A stretch of DNA of 63,143 nucleotides, filler included, from Bacteriovoracaceae bacterium (GTDB lineage Bacteria; Bdellovibrionota; Bacteriovoracia; Bacteriovoracales; Bacteriovoracaceae), in the NCBI GenBank assembly GCA_018649885.1. It is 4 parts of 4 records of this genome, joined end to end, with 100 filler letters (N's around TTAATTAATTAA, not from the genome) between each part and the next. Parts side by side here need not be neighbours in the genome. Positions count along the whole stretch, not along the records: positions 1 to 15,998 come from JABIHA010000022.1; 3 more parts are not named here. One strand, written 5' to 3'. The notes under the pieces were generated by a model. That model searched no databases. It saw nothing but the letters and a program-made list of their open reading frames with translations, and was not told the origin of the DNA. Position 1 is the stretch's first letter. Every line of letters begins with the position of its first letter. Shown in pieces: positions 1 through 10,212 of the stretch. The position numbers were made by a program, and so were the translations under genes.

Positions 1-140
1 CGAAGGTAGTTTTAAAAATGCTACCTGAATGGTTCAAAGATTATAATTGTGTGGCCCCGCATTCTGGACTTGGAATGAAAAGTCCACTAGAGTATCAAAA
101 ATCAGCTAACAATCGGTAGCTTCAAATGGGGTCCAATCCA
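1..140 (+). mobile_element. IS3-family element, right end (transposase C-terminus 3..119 plus terminal IR ending ...GGGGTCCAATCCA)
   Basis: Frame from base 3 reads KVVLKMLPEWFKDYNCVAPHSGLGMKSPLEYQKSANNR*, the YN..(R/H)PHS.LG..SP motif of IS3 integrase cores; followed by a GGGG..CA terminus. Confidence 0.8.
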
Positions 141-142
141 CT

Positions 143-325
143 CTTAATTCCTATAAAACATATACACTGCTAAATGAGTGTCTTGATTTAATTACTGACA
201 ATTTTGAATTATACGATAAATTTCTTAAAGAAGTACTTGGAGATGAAGAACGGTTTCTTTTTAGAGAACAATTAAAGAGCATTTTATCTATGAAAAAGGA
301 AATGGTTAAGTCCACGGGAAGCTAA
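143..325 (+). pseudogene. 3' remnant of a gene interrupted by the IS3 element, directly upstream of cheA
   Basis: 60 open codons (LNSYKTYTLLNECLDLIT...STGS*) begin just after the IS end with no start or RBS and stop 2 nt before the cheA start. Confidence 0.6.
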
Positions 326-327
326 AC

Positions 328-2910
328 TTGAATTATAAACCTATTATTGTTGTTATTGATGATGAGCCGGACTTTATCTCAATCACTGTTGAGCAAGGTG
401 ATGAGCTTGGATATCAAGTCGAGGGATTTACAGATCCTTTTACGGCAGTGACATATTTAAAAGAAAGCGGAAGTAGAGTTTGTCTTGTAATTTCTGATTT
501 CAATATGCCAGCAATGAATGGAATAAAGGTAAAAGAGAAGTTAAACGAGCTTGGGAATAGCTCCCCACCATTCGTTATTTTGACTGGTTTTTGGGAGAAA
601 AAAATAGTCGAGAGCGCCCTAAGTGTTGGAATCAGAAATGTTTGGGAAAAGCCAATTGACTTTTCCCAGGTAATGGAAAAGTCCGAAATATTCTTCACCG
701 AAAGAAGAGATGAAATTATTTCTGATTTGGAGATGATAGAGGGGTTTCATGATGAATCTCTGCCTTTACTGGGTGAAATTGAAGCACTGATACTTGAGTT
801 AGAGCAGTCGTCTGATAAGGTAGGAGTGTTGACCCACTTTTTTAGAATTCTTCATACAATAAAAGGTACCGCCGCCTGTGTGGGACTTAAAAAACTATCA
901 GAGTTTTCGCATCGATATGAAGATTTCGTGACATTTGCGCAAAAAAACATAGGCGAAATCTCTCCCTCATCAGTCGATGTTCTATTATTTGGAAGTGATA
1001 TTTTAAATCAATTCTTTACTCTCATAGGTGAAACTCTTGGTGATGATAACTTTGATGTCTGCTCTGCTCTTGAGCTTTTTTCTGAGCTAGAAACAAAGTG
1101 TAAAAATGGTAACTCATCAATAGCTGAAGGTGGAGCGGGAAATTCTTCTGTCAGTTCAAATACAGACGACAGTTCATTTTCAAAGAAAAAAGAGGATGAA
1201 AAACTTCCAGTAAACCTGTCTACCCTCGATGAGTTCATGGAGCAAAGTGGTGAGCTGACGGTGCTTCGAAATTCTATTACAAAAACAATTATCAACTTGG
1301 AAAAGCGTTTATCAAGAGATAGTGATGTTATGATGCTCCAAGATCTAATTGGTGAAATGTATCAAGTGACCAATAAGATACAAGGTAAAATCACCGAAAT
1401 GAGAAAAGTACCTATTGGAGTAACGCTAAGGCCATTCAAGAGACTCGCAAGAGATCTTTCAAAAAGCCTTGGGAAAAAAGTCAATTTTGATATTGTTGGT
1501 GAAGATATCAAGCTTGATACAGTTATGGCCAGATTACTGAGTGGTGTGCTTATTCACTTAATTCGTAATTCTCTTGATCATGGTATTGAATCTCCTAAAA
1601 AAAGAATTGAGCTTGGAAAAAATGAGTATGCCGAATTAAAAATTGAAGTAAAAGAAGATATAGAAGGACTCTATCTGAGTTTAAGCGATGATGGATCTGG
1701 GATAAATCCCAAAATGATAAAAGGAAAAATTTTAGAAAAAGAACTTTTAACTTCAAGTGAAGTCGAGTCCCTAAACGATCATCAACTTGTAAATTTGATC
1801 TTTTTGCCAGGGTTTTCGACAAAAGAAAGCGTCTCAGATTTATCTGGCCGAGGGGTTGGCACTGATATGGTCAAATCTTCAATTGAAGAGTTTGGTGGAA
1901 GCATTGTCGTTGAATCTGCTGCCTTGAAGTATACTAGGTTTGAAATTTCTCTTCCTTTTCCTAAATCTGTTCAGATTATTAATAGTCTCTCTGTAATGAA
2001 TGGAGACCATGTTTACCTCTTTAATGTGGAAGATGTTATTCAAATTGTGGCAATTGATACAGACCATGTGAACAATAAAATTGAGACAATTCAAGATACT
2101 AAGTTTTTAATTTATCGAGATGAATTTTATGAATTGGTTGATCTTAGTAGCGTATTCAAGCTTGAAGAAACAGATTTCGATTTTCGTCGTGTGATTTTAG
2201 TTCAATCAGATGGAAAGAAATTTGGCGTACTAGTTGAGTCAGTTCTTGAATATGAAGAGGTTGTTTGTAAGGACATTTTTGCAGGAATTGATTCCATCAA
2301 TTTTTTCATGGGTGCAACCTTTTTGGGAACTGGTGAAGTGGCACTCATATTATCTGTCGAAGGATTGGCCGAAACAATCTCTGGTGGAGAAAAGAACTCA
2401 AGTAATGGTGCTCTTGTCAGCGAGACAATACCCCCATTTGATAACTGTATTTATCAGTTTATTACTTTTCAAAACAAAGCGGGTGAAACCTTTAGCGTAG
2501 ACCTCGAATTTATCTACCGTTTTGAAAGGATTGAATCCAGTATCATACAAAATGTTGGTGATAAAATAGCGATAAAATATGGGGCAGAACTTTTATACTT
2601 ATTGAACCCTCTTTCAATAATTGGCCTAGATGATCAAGATTTAATTAAAGGCAGTGACTTTCTTGATGTTATTGTCGTCTCCGTCAATTCTTACAAATTT
2701 GGTTTTTTAGTTTATGAGTTAGGAGAAATAATAAATCATTCAGGAGAAATTAATACTGACACATTTGATTGCCACGGGTTATCAGGTACTATATATGAAA
2801 ATGGTCGCACTGTGAGTGCTTTAGATATATTGTACTACTACCGACAATTTAGCTTAAAAGACGATAATTGTAAATTACTAGAATTCGAGAAAAATTTTAA
2901 AATAGCGTAA
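328..2910 (+). CDS. cheA: Chemotaxis histidine kinase CheA with N-terminal receiver domain and two CheW-like domains
   Basis: REC (IDDE, SDFNMP, EKP), Hpt ([11 protein letters not shown]), HATPase ([28 protein letters not shown]), CheW domain, then a second CheW-like C-terminal domain. Confidence 0.95.
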   Translation: MNYKPIIVVIDDEPDFISITVEQGDELGYQVEGFTDPFTAVTYLKESGSRVCLVISDFNMPAMNGIKVKEKLNELGNSSPPFVILTGFWEKKIVESALSVGIRNVWEKPIDFSQVMEKSEIFFTERRDEIISDLEMIEGFHDESLPLLGEIEALILELEQSSDKVGVLTHFFRILHTIKGTAACVGLKKLSEFSHRYEDFVTFAQKNIGEISPSSVDVLLFGSDILNQFFTLIGETLGDDNFDVCSALELFSELETKCKNGNSSIAEGGAGNSSVSSNTDDSSFSKKKEDEKLPVNLSTLDEFMEQSGELTVLRNSITKTIINLEKRLSRDSDVMMLQDLIGEMYQVTNKIQGKITEMRKVPIGVTLRPFKRLARDLSKSLGKKVNFDIVGEDIKLDTVMARLLSGVLIHLIRNSLDHGIESPKKRIELGKNEYAELKIEVKEDIEGLYLSLSDDGSGINPKMIKGKILEKELLTSSEVESLNDHQLVNLIFLPGFSTKESVSDLSGRGVGTDMVKSSIEEFGGSIVVESAALKYTRFEISLPFPKSVQIINSLSVMNGDHVYLFNVEDVIQIVAIDTDHVNNKIETIQDTKFLIYRDEFYELVDLSSVFKLEETDFDFRRVILVQSDGKKFGVLVESVLEYEEVVCKDIFAGIDSINFFMGATFLGTGEVALILSVEGLAETISGGEKNSSNGALVSETIPPFDNCIYQFITFQNKAGETFSVDLEFIYRFERIESSIIQNVGDKIAIKYGAELLYLLNPLSIIGLDDQDLIKGSDFLDVIVVSVNSYKFGFLVYELGEIINHSGEINTDTFDCHGLSGTIYENGRTVSALDILYYYRQFSLKDDNCKLLEFEKNFKIA

Positions 2911-2962
2911 TACCCTAATAAAAAATTTAATAGAGATTTATCATTTTTGTGGAGAGAGAAAT

Positions 2963-4519
2963 ATGTCTGAAGTAAAAAAATTGCCTGTTCAAGAATCGTC
3001 AGTTATTCCATTTGAATCTTGTCTTGAAAGTGTAAGTACAAATGTATTTTATGCTGATTCTGACCTGACACTTACTTACTTAAATAAGAAGGCCAGAGAT
3101 ACAATTACTGAATTTAAAGATGTCATTGAGGCCAAATTTGGGACTAGTGATATTCTTGGCAAGAATCTTGATTTTTTTCACGGCGATAAAAAGAAGCAAA
3201 TTAGGGCGATACTCGCTAACAAAAAGAATTTTCCCTACAATGCTAAGATTGCCATTGGTCCACTAATTCTAGATCTTAATATTGATATCAATCTTACTAA
3301 GTCAGGTGAAATTGAAGGATATATTGTAAATTGGGAAGAGATTTCTGCAAAAGTTGAACTAGAAAGAAAAATGGCCATGGCCCAAATGATGGTTGACCTC
3401 TCACCAGTAAATACAATGATGACAGATGTTGATGGAAACCTCATTTATATGAACCACAATTCTCTCAAGACTCTAAAAACACTGGAGCACCTACTACCAG
3501 TAAAATCAGACGATCTAGTGGGAACGAATATTGATAGTTTTCATGGCGATCCTAAAAGAGTTAGAAAAATATTTGAAGATCCAAGAAACTTGCCTCACAA
3601 AGCTAAAATAAAGCTTGGAGATGACACACTGGATTTACTTGTCTCTGCAATTTACGATGACGATCAAAATTACCTAGGACCTATGGTTACTTGGGATGTC
3701 GTCACCAATCAAGTTGCTGCTGTCGATACACTTAATCAAACAGCAAAAGAGCTTACGGAATCTGCAGATTCATTACTTCAAATTTCTGGAAATATGGCCG
3801 CAGCTGCTGAAGAAACATCTGCACAGGTGGCCACTGCAAGTTCGGCCAGTGAAGAGGTGAATGCTGGTGTACAAAATGTGGCGACAAGTATGGAAGAGAT
3901 GACTTCTGCTATTAAAGAAATCACTAGATCTACCAATGAGTCATCACACCAGGCGAACGAGGCACTCAAAATTGCTACTGAGACAAATGATATAATTACT
4001 ACTCTTGGAGTGAGTAGTGATGAGATCGGAAACGTAATTAAAGTTATCTCATCAATTGCTCAGCAAACAAATCTGTTGGCACTCAATGCAACTATTGAAG
4101 CCGCAAGAGCTGGTGAAGCAGGTAAAGGATTTGCAGTAGTGGCTAATGAAGTGAAAGAGCTTGCCAAGCAAACTGCAAATGCGACAAATGATATCACTAA
4201 AAAAATTGAGACCATTCAATCTGATTCAAAAAGTGCAGTGGGGGCCATTGGACAAATTGGTGATACTGTTGAAAAACTTCACTCTTTTGCATCTACCATT
4301 GCAGCTTCTGTTGAAGAGCAGGCGGCGACAACTTCTGATGTGGCCAGGGTAGTGAAAGAATCTGCTCAAGGGGTAAACCAGATTAATGAAAATGTAGGAC
4401 AAGTATCAGAAGCCGCTAAACAAACAGGTAAAGAGGCCCAAGATGCTAAGAATGCAGCTGAGACTTTGAAAGGATTGGCCAGTCGGCTAACAGATTTGGT
4501 TTCGAAAGTTCAAGTATAA
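2963..4519 (+). CDS. Soluble methyl-accepting chemotaxis protein with two PAS domains (Aer2-like)
   Basis: Two PAS repeats (GKNLDFFH / GTNIDSFH), no TM helix, MCP hairpin [33 protein letters not shown]. Confidence 0.93.
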   Translation: MSEVKKLPVQESSVIPFESCLESVSTNVFYADSDLTLTYLNKKARDTITEFKDVIEAKFGTSDILGKNLDFFHGDKKKQIRAILANKKNFPYNAKIAIGPLILDLNIDINLTKSGEIEGYIVNWEEISAKVELERKMAMAQMMVDLSPVNTMMTDVDGNLIYMNHNSLKTLKTLEHLLPVKSDDLVGTNIDSFHGDPKRVRKIFEDPRNLPHKAKIKLGDDTLDLLVSAIYDDDQNYLGPMVTWDVVTNQVAAVDTLNQTAKELTESADSLLQISGNMAAAAEETSAQVATASSASEEVNAGVQNVATSMEEMTSAIKEITRSTNESSHQANEALKIATETNDIITTLGVSSDEIGNVIKVISSIAQQTNLLALNATIEAARAGEAGKGFAVVANEVKELAKQTANATNDITKKIETIQSDSKSAVGAIGQIGDTVEKLHSFASTIAASVEEQAATTSDVARVVKESAQGVNQINENVGQVSEAAKQTGKEAQDAKNAAETLKGLASRLTDLVSKVQV

Positions 4520-4543
4520 TAGACAGGTATAGACTTTGGTAAC

Positions 4544-4571
4544 AAGGCCGGCTTAAATTGCCGGCTTTTTT
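4544..4571 (+). terminator. Rho-independent terminator after cheA-mcp
   Basis: GGCCGGC-ttaaatt-GCCGGCT followed by T-tract. Confidence 0.85.
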
Positions 4572-4646
4572 GTAGCCAAACGTCATATTTTTGACAAATT
4601 CTGGCAATTTTTTTTCAATTCTACTTAATAAACTGAAAAATTTTCC

Positions 4647-4673
4647 TTAAGAAAAAATTTCCTCACCCGAGAA
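4647..4673 (+). promoter_or_regulatory. Putative sigma-28 (FliA) promoter of flagellin
   Basis: TTAA-N15-CCCGAGAA resembles TAAA-N15-GCCGATAA, ~130 nt upstream of the flagellin ATG. Confidence 0.5.
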
Positions 4674-4729
4674 GTTTCTTGAAACAACCCTGAATGTAAA
4701 TGGGGTTTAACAACTAATATAAATCCGCT

Positions 4730-4796
4730 TTAAGCAGGAAGCTTAACGATCTAAGGTTAGGATCGAGTCTAGTATGGATAGAGTAAACCAAGGAGG
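4730..4796 (+). promoter_or_regulatory. Putative CsrA-binding sites in flagellin leader
   Basis: Hairpin TTAAGC-AGGAA-GCTTAA (4730-4746) plus further GGA motifs (TAGGAT, ATGGAT, AAGGAGG RBS). Confidence 0.6.
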
Positions 4797-4801
4797 TGTA
4801 A

Positions 4802-5635
4802 ATGGGTTTACGTATCAACACGAACGTCCCCTCGCTTTCTGCACAACGGACGTTGCAGGTAAACAATCAGAACCAGGAAAGGACTTTGGAGAGGTTATCT
4901 TCAGGATCTAGAATCAACCGTTCTGCTGACGATGCTGCCGGGTTAGCGATTTCAGAGAAATTGAAGTCACAAATCAGGTCGGTGAATCAAGCTGAACGAA
5001 ATGCCAACGATGGTATTTCAATGATTCAAGTTGCTGAGGGTGGTTTGAATGAAATTTCAAACATCATGACCAGACTTAGAGAACTATCCATCCAGGCCGC
5101 TACTGATACAGTGGGCGACTCGGAAAGACAGTTTGTGAATCTCGAGTATCAAAACTTGAAGCAAGAGGTTCAAAGAATTTCTCAAGTGACAGAGTTTAAC
5201 GGCAGAAAATTGTTAGACGGCTCACAAGAGAAGTATCAGTTTCAAATTGGGATTAATAACAACGATTTTGAAGACAGAATCGATTATAAGGCCCAAGTCA
5301 CGAATTCAACCCTAGCTGGGTTAGGCGTAGATGAAATTTCTGTAGATAAAAAAGAAGGCGCTCAAATGTCTTTGGCCAAGTTAGACAGTGCTATCACGAA
5401 TATTTCGGGACAAAGAGCAGAACTTGGTGCCGTTCAAAACAGATTAGCATCGACTGTTACCAACTTACAGTTCTTGAGTGAAAACTTAAGCTCTGCGAAT
5501 TCGCGTATTAGAGACACTGATTACGCTAAGCAAACTGCAACCAATACTAAGCTAAACATCCTTACTAATGCTGGTACATCAGTGTTAGGTCAGGCCAACC
5601 AATCCGCAGGGTCGGCACTTAAGCTTCTTGGTTAA
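4802..5635 (+). CDS. fliC: Flagellin (short, 277 aa)
   Basis: MGLRINTN start, LSSGSRINRSADDAAGLAI, RIRDTDYA and SVLGQANQ C-terminal motifs. Confidence 0.98.
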   Translation: MGLRINTNVPSLSAQRTLQVNNQNQERTLERLSSGSRINRSADDAAGLAISEKLKSQIRSVNQAERNANDGISMIQVAEGGLNEISNIMTRLRELSIQAATDTVGDSERQFVNLEYQNLKQEVQRISQVTEFNGRKLLDGSQEKYQFQIGINNNDFEDRIDYKAQVTNSTLAGLGVDEISVDKKEGAQMSLAKLDSAITNISGQRAELGAVQNRLASTVTNLQFLSENLSSANSRIRDTDYAKQTATNTKLNILTNAGTSVLGQANQSAGSALKLLG

Positions 5636-5662
5636 GTTAAAGATTATCAAATGATATCCCAT

Positions 5663-5694
5663 AAAAAAGTCCTTTCGAATGAAAGGACTTTTTT
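5663..5694. terminator. Bidirectional Rho-independent terminator
   Basis: Perfect inverted repeat AAAAAAGTCCTTTC-gaat-GAAAGGACTTTTTT between convergent genes. Confidence 0.9.
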
Positions 5695-5705
5695 ATATAG
5701 ATTTG

Positions 5706-5963
5706 CTAATTGATAATTTCATTGACGTAGAGTCTGAAGGATTTGTCTTTAGCTCTACGAATTGAAAAATTACCTTCTTCTTTTTCTTGAAGAAGATATT
5801 TGTAAAAATCAGGTTCAGTATCTGAAACTTCAAGTACTGACTTACCTTCATGGTCACCAAAATCTATAACCACGTGTTCTTCTGCAATGATTCCTGTTAG
5901 GGGGCTTACTTCAGAAAAAACTTGAGACACGATTCCCTCCTTAGAATACGAGATGTCATCCAT
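5706..5963 (-). CDS. Small acidic hypothetical protein
   Basis: 85-aa ORF with AGGAAG upstream, ends at the bidirectional terminator. Confidence 0.7.
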   Translation of the reverse strand: MDDISYSKEGIVSQVFSEVSPLTGIIAEEHVVIDFGDHEGKSVLEVSDTEPDFYKYLLQEKEEGNFSIRRAKDKSFRLYVNEIIN

Positions 5964-6050
5964 AACTTCCTAATATTATTCTTTAATATAAAGAATGTGA
6001 TGTAAAGATTTTTTGTTTATTTATATGAGATTGATTTGGGTATAACTGAG

Positions 6051-7052
6051 TTACTTAGTTTTACTTCGATAAAACTTACTAATAAAGTGAACGAGAATTT
6101 TAAACTCTTGAGGGTATTCGCTTGAGACGAGCGTTTTAAGGTATTTAAGAGATTCAAATATATCCATACTCTTTCTATAAGGCCTAGTACTAGACATCGC
6201 TGTGAGCATGTCAGCGATTGCTAGGAACAGGGTTTCAATACCCATGATCTCCTTATCAGAAACTAGTTTAATATTGTCATCAATATGAGAGTGAATATGG
6301 TGGTTTGCAATGATGGTGTTGTAGTTTTGTCCAAGAGAGATTCTGCCTGACAAGATCTTTAATGAGTTTTGTCCATGACTTTTTATAGTTTTCTTCTCTT
6401 GGCTTGTGAGATTTTGCTTTAAATAGTTTTCTTGAGGCACTAAGGCCATACCTATATCTTTAAAATAACTGGTAATAAAGAGTAATTCGATCTCTCTATT
6501 ATTAAATATTTGGGTGTGGAGAAGAATCCCCATTAGCATTAAAGATGAAAGAAGTGGTTGAGAGTAAGTATAAAAATGACCAAATTCTTCTACACTTTTG
6601 TACAGCTCTGGTAAGTACTTTTTATTATCTAAAATAAAGCCTATAAGGGTTTTAATACTTTGATATTGCAGTGAAAGGGATTCATCATCAGTTGGGTCAC
6701 GATAAATCATTCCCAGATGAATTGTTAAGAGATTGGTCATTTTCTTTACATTACCTATAGAGTTACCCACAGAAAGTGATCTTGTGACCTTTCTGAGTTG
6801 CTCCCTGTAGTAGTTCTTGAAGATGATAAAGTCATCAAAGCTAATAAAGAGGATCCAACTTTTTCTAACAAGTAGCTCTCTCAAATCTTCTTTTGAAAGC
6901 TTATGACCTTGGTCTTTGTATAGTTGATAACCATTGTCGGAATAATAGTAGAGCGGACATGGTGCAAATCCAGTCGCAAAAACCTCTTTAACACCCACTG
7001 GTATTAGATTTAGAGAAAGATTATTTTGTTCCAATAGCTTAAACGCGCCCAT
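6051..7052 (-). CDS. HD-GYP-like domain protein, degenerate
   Basis: FKDIG (for HDIG), IKSH, IIANHH, IADMLTAMSSTRPYRK; GYP loop absent. Confidence 0.75.
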   Translation of the reverse strand: MGAFKLLEQNNLSLNLIPVGVKEVFATGFAPCPLYYYSDNGYQLYKDQGHKLSKEDLRELLVRKSWILFISFDDFIIFKNYYREQLRKVTRSLSVGNSIGNVKKMTNLLTIHLGMIYRDPTDDESLSLQYQSIKTLIGFILDNKKYLPELYKSVEEFGHFYTYSQPLLSSLMLMGILLHTQIFNNREIELLFITSYFKDIGMALVPQENYLKQNLTSQEKKTIKSHGQNSLKILSGRISLGQNYNTIIANHHIHSHIDDNIKLVSDKEIMGIETLFLAIADMLTAMSSTRPYRKSMDIFESLKYLKTLVSSEYPQEFKILVHFISKFYRSKTK

Positions 7053-7149
7053 GAGTACGTATCGGTTGGTCTAGAATAAAGTAAAATAGGGCCTACTAGG
7101 TTGGTTGGATTTTGTTTTTATTTCAATTCCCATAGGGTAAAATCCATTT

Positions 7150-7656
7150 ATGATAAAAATACTGCTTACAGTGATCTTATTTTGCACAAGTTTAGGGGCC
7201 TTCGCTAGAGGCTCCATATCAATAAAATTTGAGCTTAAACCTGCTGGCACCTTTAATATAAATATAGAAGACGTTCAAGGTTTTTTGGCGACAGATGGCA
7301 AGGTGGTGCAGACTTCAAAGATTGTGGCGGATCTGACCACTCTCACTACAGGTGTGGAGCTAAGAGATCAGCATACGAAGAGATATCTCAATGTAAAAAA
7401 ATTCCCTGTGGCAACCTTTCTCAAGGGAAGGGGGAAGAAGGGTCGAATTAAGGGAGTTTTAATTGTAAAGGGAATTGAAAGAGAGATAATGGCAACTTAT
7501 GAAATTAGGGGAGATCGGGCAGTGGCCAAGTTTAAAACTTTAATTTCAGATTATGGTTTAGAATATATTAAGTACAAAGAAATATTTGTAAAAGATGAGA
7601 TGTGGATAACTATCACACTACCAATTAAATATGTTAGAAAAAAGAAGAACTATTAA
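7150..7656 (+). CDS. YceI-family secreted lipid/isoprenoid-binding protein
   Basis: Signal peptide; TGVELRDQH motif. Confidence 0.85.
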   Translation: MIKILLTVILFCTSLGAFARGSISIKFELKPAGTFNINIEDVQGFLATDGKVVQTSKIVADLTTLTTGVELRDQHTKRYLNVKKFPVATFLKGRGKKGRIKGVLIVKGIEREIMATYEIRGDRAVAKFKTLISDYGLEYIKYKEIFVKDEMWITITLPIKYVRKKKNY

Positions 7657-8017
7657 TTTCATGTTGCCTCTACTTTTGTGTAGTTGTTTGAATTCTGATA
7701 ATTCAGCTGTTCTCGATTACAAAAAATATGAGGCCATAGGTGGTATCCAAAACACAGAAGCAGACCAGCGCTATAAAAGCGCTCTAACTGTTATCAAGAG
7801 GAAGTGTTTGGCCTGTCATCCATCATATGTTGATCTTAAATATGAAGCAGACTGGATTGATTCAGGTTATGTGCGAGCAGGCTCGCTCTCTCTCTCATCC
7901 ATATACGTTGTTTTAAAGGGCGCAGGTATTGATGCCAATCAAGAGGATATGCCAGAGGGATCAATGCTTGAGCTCAGTGAATTAAACTCTATAAAAGTGT
8001 GGATTGAAGGCCTATAA
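7631..8017 (+). CDS. Monoheme cytochrome c lipoprotein
   Basis: Lipobox-like LLCSC, CLACH heme motif, distal MP Met ligand, IKVWI end. Confidence 0.8.
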   Translation: MLEKRRTINFMLPLLLCSCLNSDNSAVLDYKKYEAIGGIQNTEADQRYKSALTVIKRKCLACHPSYVDLKYEADWIDSGYVRAGSLSLSSIYVVLKGAGIDANQEDMPEGSMLELSELNSIKVWIEGL

Positions 8018-8971
8018 ATTAAAGTGGTAGTGAAGAGACCAAACTTGTTTTCCTATTTTAGAGCTTAAAAATCCATTTTCTTCAAAGCTCCATCTTCCCT
8101 CTAGCTGAGGGTAAGTCAAAAAACCATTAGACAACTCTATATTGTAACCAGTGGGGGCTCCATAATCAGCTTTCCTGTAATCTGCTGCTAAGTGAAGCCC
8201 AAATGCTCCCCTCGATTCAATTGGGGAGTAAACAAGTGAGGCGCCAACACCACCACCCACGATGGAATTGTTTTTCTTATAGTAATTTTGATACCTTTCC
8301 TGGCTTCCTAGTTCGCCTATGCCATAGAAAAACTGTGCGTCTAGCCCGAGCCAAAAGTAGTACCAGAGGGGAAAATCGATTCCGATACCGGCGGAAGCAC
8401 CTTTATTAATTGAGGTAAATAATTTTGTGGCCCCTCCTGTTTGGGAAAAATTAACCTCTTCTTGCCAGGCCTTGAGACCAATTGAAAAATTGTATTCAAT
8501 ATCTCGAAGTAAGTGATCCTTACTTGTTTTTAGAACTTTCTCAGGCCTTTTTTTAAAGACTCTTTCGTCTGCTCCTGGAGGAAGAAAAAATATTGAGTCA
8601 TTGTAGGGATCTACATCTTTTTCAACATTTTCTTCCCAGTAGGTATCATCTTCTACAGGAACTTTTCCCGTATTAACATCTCCCAGCTCTTTAACATTGT
8701 AATTATTGTCTTTTTTTAGTACTGGCTCTTTTAAAAATTTGTTTTGAAGATCCTTTGAACCTTTTCTTCTTTCTTTTATTTTCCTGAGAACATTCTTTCT
8801 CTCTTCAAGAGGGAGACTTTTTAGGTATTTCAAAAGCCTAGCTTTTCGTGCAGACTTTGAAGTTCCGCTATAGTTCTTCTGGCCATAACAAGGAAGGCCT
8901 AGTGTAATTGTAAATGCTAGTGCAAATAATTTTTTCATATGTATATTGTTAAATAAGTAATCATATCCCAT
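8012..8971 (-). CDS. Secreted/outer-membrane beta-barrel protein (likely start at MKKLFALA)
   Basis: Signal peptide, charged N-terminal extension, amphipathic beta strands, aromatic-rich C-terminus (YHFNL). Confidence 0.65.
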   Translation of the reverse strand: MGYDYLFNNIHMKKLFALAFTITLGLPCYGQKNYSGTSKSARKARLLKYLKSLPLEERKNVLRKIKERRKGSKDLQNKFLKEPVLKKDNNYNVKELGDVNTGKVPVEDDTYWEENVEKDVDPYNDSIFFLPPGADERVFKKRPEKVLKTSKDHLLRDIEYNFSIGLKAWQEEVNFSQTGGATKLFTSINKGASAGIGIDFPLWYYFWLGLDAQFFYGIGELGSQERYQNYYKKNNSIVGGGVGASLVYSPIESRGAFGLHLAADYRKADYGAPTGYNIELSNGFLTYPQLEGRWSFEENGFLSSKIGKQVWSLHYHFNL

Positions 8972-10125
8972 GTGTCTTTGTATACAGCGTCCGGTATGGT
9001 TGCTCTTTGAGATCTCAGCTCGCCTTTTATGCTGAGTCTTTGTATGGGAGAAAATTGAATCCCAGGGGCCGCTCGGTAGAGTTTCTCTCCCTTTCTTCCT
9101 ATCTCTGGATTAAAAACTTCAAACGCAGTGTAAAAATTTAGGCCCCTTGTTATTTTGAGTTGTCCTTTGAGAAGGCCATAAAGACCAAACTCCTTTCTAG
9201 AAGACTCTGGATTGGTATCAATGACTCCAAACTCACTAATCAGTGAAACTCCATCATCGGGGGAAACCCTAAAGTGGAGTGCTCCCATCATTCTTGTTAG
9301 AGTCTCTGATTTAGAATAGGAACCTGAAAGACCAATTCGCCAAAATCTCGTTTCTCCAAATTCAAAGCTAAAATTGGCACCTTGTTCTCGGTATTTTTTT
9401 TCTTGGTAGAGGTTTCCAGCATGGATTTGAAAACCAGTATCCATATTTTGATCATGAAGTAGTAGTGCCACTGCGTGAACTTGATCATTAAAGGCGATCC
9501 CTGTTCTTTGTCTTGAAAAAGTACTTTTGTCACCAACCCTAAGGCCGTAGATTTTCTCCATTGCTCCCGCCATTAAGAAGGTGCCTGGTGTGAGTTTGAT
9601 TTGGCCGTAGTGGTTTCTTGAAATTAATTCGTGGTGAACTTTTTCTTGATATTTACTTGATCTTTTGCGGGCAGGAGTAACTCCTGCACTGGCAACGAAA
9701 GTGAGAGCGTCGTTTTTTAGGTGTTGGCTGACAACTGTTGCTTCAAGGAATTGATGAACATATTCAGATTCAGACTGGGGTCTGCCCATGGCGCGATTAA
9801 TATAGTGGCCTTGATAGTTAATTTCGGGCCTAAACCACCTGGGAAGTTTTGTTTTCCAAAGAAAACCTGAATAAGACTCAATATCACTTTCGCTAATTTC
9901 TTCAGAAAAGAGCATTTTAGTGGACAGGGAGCTTGCCGACATCGCCCTCCCATAATCAGAGAGCGCTCCTCCGCCAGCTGGATTGACGTGACAGCTGACA
10001 CAGCTTGGCTGTCCCTCCCCAATATAACTTGGGTGGCCGCTGGCATTGGGGATAAACCAAAGGCCTACAAGAATTAGATTACATAAATATTTCACTGCTT
10101 TTATTTTCCCAAATGTTGGAAGCAC
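8935..10125 (-). CDS. Outer-membrane beta-barrel with N-terminal CxxCH heme motif
   Basis: Signal peptide, CVSCHVNPAGGGALSDYGR, long beta-strand region, C-terminal YLTIYI. Confidence 0.75.
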   Translation of the reverse strand: MLPTFGKIKAVKYLCNLILVGLWFIPNASGHPSYIGEGQPSCVSCHVNPAGGGALSDYGRAMSASSLSTKMLFSEEISESDIESYSGFLWKTKLPRWFRPEINYQGHYINRAMGRPQSESEYVHQFLEATVVSQHLKNDALTFVASAGVTPARKRSSKYQEKVHHELISRNHYGQIKLTPGTFLMAGAMEKIYGLRVGDKSTFSRQRTGIAFNDQVHAVALLLHDQNMDTGFQIHAGNLYQEKKYREQGANFSFEFGETRFWRIGLSGSYSKSETLTRMMGALHFRVSPDDGVSLISEFGVIDTNPESSRKEFGLYGLLKGQLKITRGLNFYTAFEVFNPEIGRKGEKLYRAAPGIQFSPIQRLSIKGELRSQRATIPDAVYKDTWDMITYLTIYI

Positions 10126-10212
10126 AAGTCAAATTTGACAACTTTTTGTGGCATGGACAGTGGATTTAAGTGGTGAAAACTATTGAGAATATTGCTCGGG
10201 TACTAGTTTGGG

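Noticed and set aside
414..4352. Short antisense and out-of-frame ORFs within cheA and mcp (and similar ones across the window)
   Set aside because: Fully overlap well-supported genes and have no independent evidence
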